From Utricularia gibba (taxonomy: Eukaryota; Plantae; Magnoliophyta), in contig NEEC01000007.1 in assembly GCA_002189035.1 (NCBI GenBank), forward strand, positions 2,480,001 through 2,544,000: a stretch of 64,000 bases of DNA, given 5' to 3'. Shown here in pieces: positions 13,866 to 26,746 of this stretch. A program made the translations under genes and the position numbers. Every line of letters begins with the position of its first letter. Position 1 is the stretch's first letter. The notes under the pieces are model-generated. The model did no database searches, was not told where the DNA came from, and worked only from the letters and a program-made list of their open reading frames with translations.

Positions 13866-14373
13866 TCAGTCCACACTCGGTAGAACCAAAATACAGCATC
13901 GCTCCAGGGACGCGAAGCTACACAACCTGGAAGCCGCCGTGGGCGGCCGAAGAAGCCTTCCTTGTGCAAATAACGGCCTCCCCTGCCGCCTCCGCTCCAC
14001 CGCCAAATACTCACGTAGCGACGCCCTTGTGGACTGCTCCTCCTCTTCCCTGCAAATCATCCACCACCTGCGCCTCCTGTGCTTCGTTTCCGTCCTTGGG
14101 CCTCGCCGACTGATTTCTGCAGGGTCTGGATTCTGTGCAAACGCTTGAAGCGTAAAGCCCATCAAGGTCCCGAGTGTAGTACTGTTGTCGTGGAAGAAAG
14201 ATCCAGTAGACTGGTTCCCAAAATCAACGCAGTTCATCTCAATTATAAACCAATCCGAAACACTGCAACAGACAGGGGAGGAGGACAACCGAAGCCACAC
14301 ACACCTGAGTATCGAGGTCGGAGGAGGATACCGAAGAGGACGCCGCCGGAGACACAGCCACAAGTTCCGCCAT
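13866..14373 (-). CDS. Uncharacterised At3g17950-like protein, 2 exons (14305-14373, 13866-14210), 137 aa
   Basis: Splicing joins SPAASSSVSSSDLDTQ to STGSFFHDNSTTLGTLMG, the family signature. RRWWMICR and ASLREYLAVERR follow. AATAAA lies about 55 nt after the stop. Confidence 0.85.
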
Positions 14374-14867
14374 GAAAATCGAATCTCGGAGCCGAGGTAT
14401 CTCTACCTCTATTTCTCGATGGGGCCGCACCGCACCCTGGTTTTTCTGCAACGCCACCACGTGGTTACCGCCGTGGGACACCCGCAGTTACCTCACAGTG
14501 AGCCCCAGATTATTATCAAATATAAATAATTTTTATTCTAAAAAATTTAAAATGTTTTTTTATTTTATAGAAATTTAAAAACCTTAATTTTCTAAAAGAA
14601 ATAATTATCGATTTTTTTTTTCAGAGTAGATAACAAATAGAGGATTATAGTTTCTTAAAACAATGCTTTTCATTTATATTTTTATGTATAAAAATTATTC
14701 ATATTTAATAAACAAATTATTTTTAAATCGTTTTTCAAAAATAAAAAATATTTCAAATACAAACATTGGATCGGACATCAAAAGTATAAATTATCTTTTT
14801 ATTTATAATATTTAGTAAGTCAGGGGAGTGACGTGTCTGGAACGTTTCCGAAACATTGCAATTGCCG

Positions 14868-15602
14868 ATGACGGAGAAGGCCATCGAGTTTTTGAAGAAG
14901 TGCGGCGGTGGCGGCGGAGACGTCTTAATGGGGTTCCGAGCTCACAAGCCACACGTGGAGGGAAGCTTGTACGAGTATTTCGTCCTGAGAGGCATTAGGG
15001 TTGACGAACTGCAAGCAGGGTTTATATCGTGTTCGCTGAAAGTGCCTCCGCGTCTCACGGTGAGCTTAAGATTTTTGAGTAACCGTAGTGGATAAGAAGT
15101 GAAATTTCGGAATTGGGCGCAGGATGGCGATGGGCGATTGCGAGCGGGCGCAATTGTCTCCTTGGTGGACGAAATTGGGGCGGCGCTCATCCTACAACAT
15201 GGATTACCCATGGATGTCTCCCTTGACATGTCAATCTCCTACATTTCTCCTGCCAAAGCCCATGTGCGCTCTTACGTGCTTTTTGCTTTTCAGAAACCAG
15301 TGGGGACTGCAATTTCACACACACACACACATGCCAAGCTTAGAAAGGGTGGGCTGTTTTCTCAAAACAAAGGGAATGAATCTCAAAGTTTTGATGAAGT
15401 TTAGGCAGGAATAAGTATGGATGAAATGGCTGCATTGCAGGATGAACTGGAGATAAGCGGGACGTTGCTAGGTCGCTGTGACTCTGGGGCCGGTGGATTT
15501 TTCGGGACGTCGATACTCTTTCGAAACAAAGTAACCGGAGAAGTTGTTGCTCAAGGCCGGCACACACTTTTCCGGAAATCTGCTCCTGTCTCCAGAATGT
15601 GA
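14868..15602 (+). CDS. Thioesterase superfamily (hotdog-fold, ACOT13/PaaI-like) protein, 3 exons
   Basis: Exons 14868-15059, 15123-15263 and 15441-15602 read SCSLKVPPRLT-DGDGRLRAGAIVSLVDEIGAA, VSLDMSISYISPAK and KVTGEVVAQGRHTLF. Confidence 0.9.
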
Positions 15603-16413
15603 TTCCTCGTACTCCCCGTGCCTCCAAACCTTGTTGCTTCGCCAAATAGCAGTCTGCTATGATATGGGAGAACGCAGGAGGCCGCATGGATTGGTTGTGA
15701 AGCTTTATAGTGTTGTGGATGGAAGGAGATACCATGGAGGCATCATAAAGTATCTTCGGCTTGCTTTTTGTGATGGGTGATGAGTAAATCAAGAGAAGAA
15801 TTCCCAAGTCAGTCATTCTTCAGACATAGATCTGTGTCGGAGGACTGGTTTGGTATCCTGTGTTCACAAAGTGGTTCTTCGTTTTTGCGACTTGAGTGCC
15901 ATGCATGATAAAAACTCAGCCCCAGCCAATGAATGGAAACAATGTTATCATTTTCCTGAGCACATTTATTTCCTTGTAGCGATGTTCTCTTGAACGCAAA
16001 AAAGGAATGTGCCTTGTGTACATACAGTAGAGTGCAGAGCAGACTGATACTAATGCCAATGAAATCCTGCTTTATTTGCATTCAAGATGGAACTCTACCT
16101 TAATACATATTACAACCTAAGAAAGAGGAAACATCCTCCTTTATTTTGTCTCGGTAATGACTGTGCGCCACAAAATGATGTCATCTATGAGGACTGAATC
16201 CACAAAATGTACGCTAACTGAACGGGCTACCAGCCTCTGATACCCAGCAACATTAGGGGTTGGATTGAACTTCGAATTGCTGTGGCCCCAGCAGGAGGAT
16301 TTGCAGTTCGCTTTGACACTCCTCAGGCAACTAAGACGCATTTAGATGCACACTTAACTTCTTTTTCGAAAAACTTCGGATTGACAAAAGAAGAGGAGAG
16401 CAAGTATTGCTGG

Positions 16414-19400
16414 CTAACCTTTGGCTTTCTTAATATCCTCATGTAGGAACCACCAAGGACCCCTTCGGTCGAGTATTCTGGAAGGGAAACCAAGAAACCG
16501 TGATCAAAAGTGCTGAAAAAAATAGGGCAAGTGGAAGAAAGATAAACCAACAAAAAAAAAATTCATCCATGCACCTGATGAATCCAGCTACCATTCTAAG
16601 AGTCATTAGCAAAGTCAACCCAGACCACACACCAGCCAGGCCAAAAAACTTAGGAGCGTATAGCAGAAATATAGAGGATAATGTTCCAACCAGCATCTAC
16701 GCCAAAACCATGTGTATCAAACATTGAAACAAAGTCACAGCAGTGCTCTCACCGGATTAGGTCATACCATAGAATATGCTGCATAATGAAAGTCTGAAAC
16801 ACCATAATGAAGACCATCAAAGACAAAAGCCATTGATGTTATTGGTTGACTGGCACTTACAAACTGCAGTTGTAAAAATTCAAACACATGTGCTTATCAG
16901 CATATTAGAGCAGATAACAGCCAAGGTAAAGGTTGTTGAACTTACAAGTACACCACTTCTAACAATTTCTAGTACTTTGGCGTCCTTCGTAAAAAAAGTA
17001 GCTAAGGAACTGAAAGAAAGACCAAGAAGCAGTGCCAGAAAAACTCCAGTGAAAAGTCCTATCTGGAAAGGTATGAAGAAACATGCGGCATCAGAAAATT
17101 TGACAGCAAAATCTCTAGACGAATAATAAGTCTCAACAAATTACCTTTAAAACATATTCACTCAGTTCCTTCACAGTTCTGTAATCATCTTGTGATACAT
17201 ATGTGGCAATCATAGCCTTAAGAAAAAACAAAAACGTTAGTAAGTAACCCAGCGTCCATTTGGAATTTTAAATCATCATGCAAAACAACAAATACGCAAC
17301 ATTTTAACAAAAATCAAGAAACCGAGTAGTTCTGTGCAAGAGTATTCCACTGTGACAGGGTGAAGTGTAAAGAAATCACCTGGGCGGAGGCACCAAATGC
17401 ATCCGTTATAAGTGACACAGAAAGCCATACTTGTGAGCATATTTGATGAGCAGCCATTGCCACAGATCCCTGCCTAGCCGCCATAGATGTGGCAAGTGCC
17501 ATAGTCAGTAGAACAGCTAGAGTTCTCCCAATAAGAAAACCACCTTGCAGTTCAGAAATATTAATATATTCTCCTTTTACCATGAGACAGAGAAGGTGCT
17601 TCACACAATACATAGAAGTTTCAAATATATGCAGTAAGCTTACCAGATTTTAGATAATTATCAAACTTCAGTTCCCCAAGACTTGGAAATGATAATACAA
17701 CTATCTTATTCAGATGCCAGATCATCAAGAAGGTGACTATGTATCTGAACGCAAATGCTTCAGACACTAAATGCCCAAGTAATGTTAAGCAGTGTAATGA
17801 AAATCTTCCTAAGAAAAGCAAATAAATTATAAAACAATACATACTGAGATGTAACAATGGAAATGGCAGCTCCATGAACACCCAACCGGAGATAGCTCAT
17901 AAATAAAGGAAAGAGAAATATGGTGGTCAAGTTCCCCACACCTGTATTTGAAATTAAGAAAGATAAAATTCACATAACTAATGGCGGTCAAAAAAAAGAT
18001 AGGCATGCTGCCATAATCATCAGCTGTCTTGAAAAAATCTAAACATGGAGAAGAACTTGCCTAAACAAATTACAGGAGTCTTCGTATCCTTAAAACCACG
18101 AAAAATTCCTTGAATTGCAAGGGAAAGAACAAAAGCAGGAGCACCAAGGGCTCTGAGAATGAGAAATTTTTGTGCAGGAGCATACATTGGAGAAACCTAC
18201 AAGAGAATAAACTTTCATGGAAGTGTCTTGAATCCTGGAGTCTGCTAAAGGGAAGTTTAATTCACATATATGAAACATGGGGAATATAATATATATATAT
18301 ATATATAGCAGCCTCAAAATATTCTAGAAAACGATATAATGTTGATCCCGAAGCCGTTTTATAATCAAATCAATACTGGAGCTATTTATCAAATGATAAC
18401 ATAGCTACATTAACAAGAACAATAAAAATACCTCCAAAAAAACAAAAAACAAAAAAAAACTAAGCATCATCCCCTGGGTATTTAACTTTTTCATTGGAGA
18501 AATCTATAAGATAGAACTACACAAAATATTTTACTCCACCAATCCAAATATTAAGCTTTTATGCTTAGCAAGGAATAAGAGACTGTGATTTAAACTAGTA
18601 AACAATAAACCAATAGACATGAGCCGCAGTGAAGCAGATGAATCAAAAAAAAAAAAAAAAATGTAAAATGACCTTACATGTGATATGCCCATCAAGCCAA
18701 GAAGAGGTCCAGAAAAAAAAGACAGGGCCAGAGCTTCTAAAATGCCAATGCAGATAGCAAGCATCAAAGCTGTGGTTACTGAGGAAAGCTGCTGCTTTTC
18801 TATATCAGAAGCATGAAAAGTGAAATGAGAGAGCTGTTTTTTCATTATGAAAAATGCAAAGAAAACGAGTCACAAAAAAACCAAATTAAATCAACTAAAC
18901 TGGCTCACCTAATACAGTACCCGACCTGGAAAACTGCCCAGCATTCTTTGAAATATCTTCAGCCACAAACGAGGTAGTAACACTAAGGAGGGGAATATTA
19001 AAAAGTTTTGAAATTATATTAAAGAGAGATATGGAGACAGCAGCAGAAGCCAACTCGTCAGAACCTGGATGACATGTTCATTCAATACATAAAAACTAAA
19101 TATCAGCAAAAATTGCAATGCTGCACGAAGAAAGATTCCAAATATTGAAAAATTCAGCAAATACCATGTCATTAAAATCTTAGTATATGCTTTTCTTTTA
19201 CTAAATACAAATGATTCCTTCCTGTGCACTCACATAGTGTCAATTATTGTAAGCACAAACATCCAAACCCTTTCAATTCTTCTAACCCTTTCTTTTTATA
19301 TGTTTGGATAAGACTAAGTCCTTCTTTAGATTCTGCACCTGATTCTAACCCTGAAAGAAAGGGAGGTTCTACACCTAATTATATGTTTGGATAATTAACA

Positions 19401-20355
19401 TGGCCATAAAGCATTGATGATGTTTAAAAAGCATATATAAAAAACCACATATTCAACAAACTTTTTATGTAGCTGCAACACAAATATTCACTATTAACGA
19501 ACTTTTATACTGATAAGGGTAGACACAAAAGTGCAACATCCAGGGAATACAGATGTATAAAACTCATAAATCCAATGCGAGAATCAACATAACAATCTTA
19601 CCCAAGTGGCCTATGTATCCAGTCTCTAGTAGCTGTGCAATTGGTTCTATGGTCTGTCCACCAATTGCCGGCAATGACAGCATTAGAAGCTCTCTCTTAA
19701 TGTCTTTTCCTTGGGATGCATCGGTGCACTCTTCACTCAAGGTTTTTATATCTTCTCTTATCTGAGAAGGGGCAGCACCATTCGAAATACTGAAAAAGGA
19801 CGGAAAATGGTTTTACCAAAATAGTGGGTTGGCAAAGCAACTTTATTGGCCAAAAAAAACCTTATTGCACACCCTACATGAGAGAAAAATATATTATGTT
19901 TGCATCATATCGTGTTCTCAATAAATTGGCCCAGGTTTATCACAGTTCAAAAAAATTAAGCCATTTTTAGATAAAAGCAGCGAATGCAAACGGAGGTCAG
20001 TACAATTGCAATGCACGTAAAAGTACCATACTTGTGACATCCTCCATTTGGAGTTGGAAAAGAGCTTTCCTCAGCTGGCGAAATATTTTCGAAATCATGA
20101 TATTTTACACCAGAATCTGAATTTGAGCGACATCTGAGTCTTGAGAATGCATTCTTGCTTCGACGGATAACGGGGAAGGAAACATCCATTTCGCGCCACA
20201 CGAGGATAGAGAAAATACGCCAGTATCAATAGCCTTACTCCACAGTCTGCGAGGCAAGCGAAATGTCGGGTTTCTTAAGGACAAATGCAACCCGTCGTTC
20301 CTTCCCACGAACGAATAGATACTGCAGGGCCACCAATCAGTTGCTTGGTAGCCAT
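16414..20355 (-). CDS. DTX45: MATE efflux transporter, DTX45-like (plastid clade); continuous ORF from Met 20189, upstream ATG 20355 out of frame
   Basis: Exons give DIKRELLMLSLPAIGGQ, SKLFNIPLLSVTTSFVAED, LRALGAPAFVLSLAIQGIFRGFKDTKTP, AMAAHQICSQVWLSVSL, SQPITSMAFVFDGLHYGVSDF and the C-terminus GPWWFLHEDIKKAKG* (stop 16414-16416). One GC-AG intron is required. Confidence 0.9.
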
Positions 20356-20474
20356 TTCACTCAAATTCAGGTGTACATGAAGTGACAAGGATTAAAAGGC
20401 ACGCAACCAGAAACGAAGAACATCCGTTTCTGGAAAGTTTCATCCAACTGACGATTGCAAGAAAGCGATGCATC

Positions 20475-20568
20475 CACGTGCTGGGGTTGTACAGATCCCA
20501 AGGCTGGTATTGGGCCCGGCCCATAGTATATGAAAAAATAAAAGGAAAAATAGTAAGCCCAAGGCCCA
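20475..20568. promoter_or_regulatory. G-box plus four Site II motifs in the divergent DTX45 / FBL10 promoter
   Basis: CACGTG 20475, TGGGCC 20511, GGCCCA 20518, AGCCCA 20556 and GGCCCA 20563. The two ATGs are 320 bp apart. Confidence 0.65.
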
Positions 20569-20674
20569 CGGAAAGTGGGAAAGAGACATTCACCCATTCA
20601 TCCCTCTTTCTCTCTTCTACTGTCATGGTCCATTGATGGCTTCTTGTGCATTTTGAGGTCTCACCGGAGAACAA

Positions 20675-23129
20675 ATGGCAACGGCGTCCATCCTGATCGG
20701 AGATCCGAACACAGGGAGCGTTGGTCTCGATTTACTTCCGGTGGCCCTCGTTGGCACCATCACTACGAAGCTCGATGTCCCCTCCATCCTGTCACTGGTT
20801 TCCACGTGTAGGATACTCCGCTCCTGCGCCGCCCACATTCTATCGTTCCTACCTTGCTTCCATATGCCTGTAAGTTGAAGCTCACCGTGGATTTCGGTTT
20901 CTACTTCTGCGTTTACTGATTCTTCTTTTGCTGGAAATTTTGAGGATATTGCGCCTTCCCTAGATTTGTTGAGGCCTCTGCTTTCCCAGAATAATCCTTA
21001 TTTGAGGAGCCTGAGTTTGGATTGCACGCGCCTTGATGATTCTTCTCTGGACTTTCTGGCTCGCCCCTCGCTGCAGGAGTTATTCCTCCGCGATTGTGCA
21101 GGTTTCAGTGGAAACCTCTTGTCCAAGCTGGGCCACAATTGCCATGAGCTTAGGTTTGTCTTTCAGCTCTAGTTTTATAGGTTTAAGCTATTTTTTCTCC
21201 GCAATTTGTTGCCTTGAGATGTAGTGCTTTAAAAGCACTTGTTACAGGTTTCTTTACTTGAGTTCAGTGGCTGAGAAATGGGGAAGAACTCTTGATATAG
21301 TGCATTTAGAGGAGTTGCTTAGAGGTTGCAGTAACTTGGAAGTAAGGACCCATCTCATGATCGAGTATGTTAGCTCTAGCTATTAATGTTGATGTTGGTT
21401 TACATTGCAGATTCATCAAATATCCCCCTTTGCTTGTTTGTCGGGTTTCCTTCTCTGGGTTTTTGTTTCCAAAATTTCTGACTTCATATGTTACATAGCC
21501 AAATCTAAAAACATTTGAAAACAGATGTGCGAAAAAATATATATGCAGCGTAGGGATTATGCTATCTCGTGATGAATCTGCAATGTACACTTAGCATGAA
21601 GAACTAGCACACATACATGTGTGATAGCGTCAAATAAATTGGAAAATTTATTTCCTTTGGTGTCTCTTTGAACTTTTTTGCTTGATTTCATCATGAGGTG
21701 GCATAATTCTGTTTTAGTACTAATAGTGTTATTTTATGGGATGCTGATATTGTTCTGGTATGAGCAGGTGCTATGAATCATTCTGGATTACTAATGCAGT
21801 ATTGTTTAATTGTAGACGTTGATCCTGATGTTCGATGCCTCCATCTTTCCGTCTGACAGTTTTGCTCATGTTTGGTCTCTCGCTTCATCAAAACTTGTTT
21901 CTCTGGAATTCGGGTATATTTCTTCAGTGATGGTGATCGAAATGCTGAGTCCTTCACTAGGAGCGGTCCAACACCCTTCTAAGCATTCCCATATGAAACT
22001 ATTTCCGAATATTCAAAAATTATGCCTTTCAGTTGACTGTGTAACTGATGCCTTGGTTAGCACAATCTCTAAATCCCTTGCTTCGCTGACAGATTTAGAT
22101 CTCCGAGATTCACCTTTAATGGAACCTAGAATGGGATTTGATCTTACCAACAATGGTCTTCAGCAGATTAATGCGCACGGAAAACTAAAGCATCTCTCCT
22201 TGATCAGGAGTCAGGAAATTTCGCCCTCATATTTCAAACGAGTGAATGACTTGGGAATCCTCCTTATGGCTGATAAATGTTCGGCTATGGAAAGCATTTG
22301 TCTTGGTGGATTTTGTCAGGTCACAGATACAGGTTATAAAACCATATTGCACTCCTGCCTGAAGCTGTATAGTTTCAGGGTCTTTCATGGCGTTCATCTA
22401 ACTGACCTTGTTTTTCATGATATTCATGCAACATCGTTGTCTTTGGCACATGTCACTCTAAGATGGTGCAGTTTACTCACAAACTTGGCTGTTGCAAGGT
22501 TGGCGTCCAATAAAGATCTTGCTGTCCTTGACTTGAGAGATTGCCGAAGTCTTGGAGATGAAGCTCTAAGGTCAATCAGCTCACTACCAAAGTTGAAAAC
22601 GTTGCTTATAGATGGTTGTGACATAAGTGATGGCGGCTTTGGTTACTTGAACAAAAGTTTAGTTTCATTATCTGTTCGAGGATGCAGAAGACTCACTGAC
22701 AAGTGTATCAGTTTCCTGGTTGATGGCAACTCAAGCCCCAAATTAAGAGAACTGGACTTTTCAAATATTCCCTATATATCTGACAAAGCGGTGCTTTTGT
22801 TGGCAAAAAATCATGTACCAATAACTGAGCTCCGGTTGAGGCAATGTCCTCTCATTGGCGACACATCCATCAAGGCATTAGCTTCTATGTGGGTCAATGA
22901 AGTTGTATCCCATGGAGGCAACCTGAGGTTGCTGGATATCTATAACTGTGGTGGAATAACTCAGACAGCTTTCCAATGGTTGAACAAGCCTTATTTTCCA
23001 AGATTGAGGTGGTTGGGGATCGCAGGAACTTTGAGCCGGGATAGTATTGATGCTTTGTCAAGAAACAGGCCATACCTTCAAGTGGCTACTCATGGCGAGG
23101 AACTCGGAACTCGGAATTGGAGTGACTGA
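20675..23129 (+). CDS. FBL10: F-box/LRR-repeat protein 10-like, 4 exons
   Basis: F-box LDLLPVALVGTITTKLDVPSILSLVSTCR in exon 1 (20675-20869). The long last exon (21816-23129) carries Cys-containing LRRs: FKRVNDLGILLMADKC, MESICLGGFCQVTDTG, LRQCPLIGDTS and PYFPRLRWLG. Confidence 0.92.
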
Positions 23130-23187
23130 TAAAAATATAGCCATGTGACCGTTATGATGGTGTGGATGTTGTATGCTTATTTACTTT

Positions 23188-23358
23188 GCAGGTATGCCGG
23201 TGATGCCTTTGCAGCCTTTGAATGATCACCGGCTTCTGTACTTCGTAGGTATGTTCCTGTTGCTTTTGTAGCCTTTGAATGTTTGATTCGGCCTGCTTCT
23301 GTACTTGGTAGGCATATTTCTGTTACCTTTGTAGCCTTGGAACATTTGATTCGGCCTG
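23188..23358 (+). repeat. Three degenerate tandem copies of a ~60 bp unit in the FBL10 3' region
   Basis: Units start GCAGGTATG, GTAGGTATG and GTAGGCATA. All share TTTG(C/T)AGCCTT(T/G)GAA; CTTCTGTACTT ends units 1-2 and TTTGATTCGGCCTG is in units 2-3. Confidence 0.75.
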
Positions 23359-24077
23359 AACAGCCTGTGTCTTACTTGGTCCATTGGATTGGTAAAAATA
23401 CGAATCCTTAGCTTGTCTGGTGCTAAATATGCAATCTGCAGAAAAACCTTCTTATCACAGAGTTTATTCCCCAGTGACTTGCGTGGATTAAAGATGAAAT
23501 TATTCTATGATAACACCCATCTCTGAGAATTCGTATGGGGTTAAAGATGAACTTTGATCCCTATATGGCTAGATGGTTGTCTCCAAGCTCACCCTGAAAC
23601 TTTGTTGATTATAGGAAGGAAAATATGAGAAGATATAGAAGATGATTTTTTAACTTCTATTAAAACAGATTATTTATAAAATAATTATTAAATAGCTTTA
23701 CTAAAGCTAAAAACGTAATTAAAGAAGTTTTAATGATTTAATAAAATTTTAATTATTTTAAATAAAAAAATAAATTACAATTTATTATTTTTAATTATAA
23801 TTTGATTTTAAATTAAAAAAAAACATAAATCATTGTTTGAACTACAATGAAACCAATTGTACCGCAAATCATTTATACAAGTAATATATTTTTTTCACAA
23901 TCTAAAACACTACAAACGACAATGGCGGAATAACATTTATAGAACACATCTTCTAGGCGACAAATAGTAAATTTGACATTGAACTATTTGTCATTTGTGG
24001 TGGGGGTCACCAAGAGTCAGAATCGGATTGAACAGAAGCAGGTTCAATCCTCAAAATAAAGAATCCGTGCTACATGG

Positions 24078-26455
24078 TTACAAGCCTTCATCATCTGAAC
24101 TCAAAATATCTACCTCAATCATTCTCTTGGAGTTTGTTTCTGGGGTTGATCCGTTGCTGGTTTTCTGCCTTTTCGCAGTCGAATCTCGACTAAAACCATT
24201 GAATTTAATGAGATAATGAAGAACAAAAGCGCAAATGGTGAAAAAAGGAAGCCACATGCGATCTTTACCTCTTATCTTGTGCTCCAGGGGTTTTCTTATG
24301 CGAAGGAACAGTTGCACTTCTTGCGGTAGGACTCATGCTGTCTGTTTATGGTTACATGTTCCAGTTATCCGGCTGAAGGATCAAGGAAATACATGAGCTA
24401 AAAAGCAAGAGAAGGCAAACCTACCCACTACATGGTTCAGAAACCGTATTCCTTGTGAGTGGCTATGTGTCTGAACGTTGGCGGAATTGCTACGATAATC
24501 AAAGATGAGGAGCCAGTTAGGAAACAAAAGTGATTAGGCAAAGCTGCCCCTTTGCAGTGAACCATGTCTTGATGCATTACAGAGTACAGATGCTTCGGCT
24601 TATACCTTAGTGCCTTTTTTAATCCTTCGACTGACAAAATTTTCACCGGCTTTTTGTTGTTGGTTGAGATTGCAGTTCTTTGTGGAGGTTTAACAACGTA
24701 TACTCCTTCGCTCTTGAGGTAGTCTCTGTAGCCAGTCATTAGATTCCTGGAAGGCAACCAATTGTTACTCATTAAGAAAAGAAAAAAGAGTAACGACAGA
24801 ATAACATCAAACTAGATGATAATTCCATACCCCCCTCTGAGCTCTGTTCTTGTCGAGTTATATTTTTTGAATCCATCCTAGCGATTAAAGCGCACGTGAT
24901 TTATTGTCATCAACTGTAAAAACTAGGTGAGAGTTAGGATGATCATACCATTTTGTGTTCATTGCAATACTTTCGTAGACGCCTGCACAAGCAGAGAGTG
25001 GAATTAATCGTAGAACTATAGGGTTACTCTGGATCATATTCACAAGGACCAAGCAAATTAAATGTAAAACACGAATTAAGATGTCAATTCAAGAGCTAGT
25101 AAAAATGTTTAAAGCAGATGTAAGGGCACAATGAGAAGTCTGAAGACCAAAATCTCACCATCTATGAGCACACGTAGATAGAGTCAAATTTGGACAAAAA
25201 AAAAGAACTAAAAGAACCAGATGGGAAATCAAATTTTTCCTTGGCAAAGATGATAACTGCCTCGTTCATTTCTGAGCAAAAGGGCTTGATTAGTTAGCCA
25301 TATGCATTCTTCAAGGGTGGCTGCTTCTAGGCAAAACGACCATGATGATCAAGGTAAAAAAGAAAGAGCTCACCGAAAGAACATATGCATTGCAATTTAA
25401 ACACGCAAAAAAAAAGGAAAATTCGCTTACTTGTTGATCACAGCTCTACATGGACCATCCCGTCCTGCTCCTTGACAGAACCCCATATCTGGTGAGGTGC
25501 CAAGCCTCAAAAGGTGTTTACCAGAATACACACTCAAGGAATATCCATGTCCCTGCAACAGCTTCTGAAGGTAAGGTCCCTTTGAAAGATTATCTCAATT
25601 AAGAAGCAATGAGCTTTAAAAGCTCCTACCGTTTTATTTTTGCGAGCACTGCAATTGAACAGAGCATAGATGGTCCCAACCACCCCTTCACTACTCTTTT
25701 GATAAGCCTCACCAAACAGAAAAAGTGAAATTGTTTCATCACTTAGGCAACTTAATTTCCAAATTGTAAAAGGTTTCCCTATAGAACTAGTCCTTGGAAT
25801 CCCCTTCTCCGCCAAAACGCCTATTGTCGCCCAAATTCCTTCAAGAGCATCTCCATCAAGTGATCTGATTGAGATAGAATTCAGGATTAACAACTCACCT
25901 AACTAAAAGGTCTAGAGTAAGTGTCGAGCATGATAGTATACTTGATAGTATCCAAGTGAATAAATTTAATATCTGCCAAATGGTTGCTCAATTCCGCAGG
26001 ACTGTACTCCGGATTCCTGAACATTAAAGAAGAGCATTGTCACTAGAAACTATGTGCTACCTAGACAGTGAATCCAGATACCAAAAGACGAATTCTTGAG
26101 AAACATATGACTCGAAATATTTGTGTAAATATCAACATACATAATTCGCAATTTTGAAAATTTATCAACCACAACGGCATCTGAAGCCTTCGGCTGTTTT
26201 GGTTTCTGAGAAGCATTAGAATCTTTTGGATCATACTCCAAGCAGTCCTCCACAAAATTCAGAAAAACAGACATGTCTTTCTTCTTCTTCCCATCACCTG
26301 AAAAAATACCGAATCACACAACCAGAATCACCGAACTCCATCGAGAAGTCAGGGTTTTGAGTACCTGAAGGAGAAGCAGGCGGAGTCTCGAGAACTCGAT
26401 CCTCGAGGGAGAGTAGAAGATCCAGGTCATCCTGATGCCCACTCGACAGCACCAT
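24078..26455 (-). CDS. MCM10: Minichromosome maintenance protein 10
   Basis: N-terminus HQDDLDLLLSLEDRVLETPP. Then VDKFSKLRI, OB-fold WATIGVLAEKG...WKLSCL...SLFLFGEAY, LGTSPDMGFC...CRAVIN...YCNEH zinc finger, TRTELRGGNL, HSQGIRFL and C-terminal MIEVDILSSDDEGL*. All junctions phase correctly. Confidence 0.93.
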
Positions 26456-26646
26456 TTTCTTCGTCAATTTTCTCAAATCGATCTTGAGGCGTAACCAGAG
26501 ATGGAGGATTTGAGGGCTCGGGGAAGCGGGAAGAGGGATGGGTAGGCGCCTTAAATTTTGAAAAAAAAACAAATTATATATATATATATATATAGTGAAT
26601 AAAATTAAATATCAAATTTCACAAAAAATACAAAAAAGACTTCAAC

Positions 26647-26746
26647 AGCCCAATATAACTTATGAATATGATGGGCTTTGTGGGCTTTTGGGCTTTGTGG
26701 GCTTTGTATAATTTAATCTTATTCAAATCCAAAACTTAAACCCTAA
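26647..26746. promoter_or_regulatory. MCM10 promoter: five Site II motifs and a telo-box
   Basis: AGCCCA 26647; TGGGCT at 26672, 26681, 26689 and 26698; AAACCCTAA at 26738. The Site II plus telo-box pairing is typical of proliferation genes. Confidence 0.7.
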
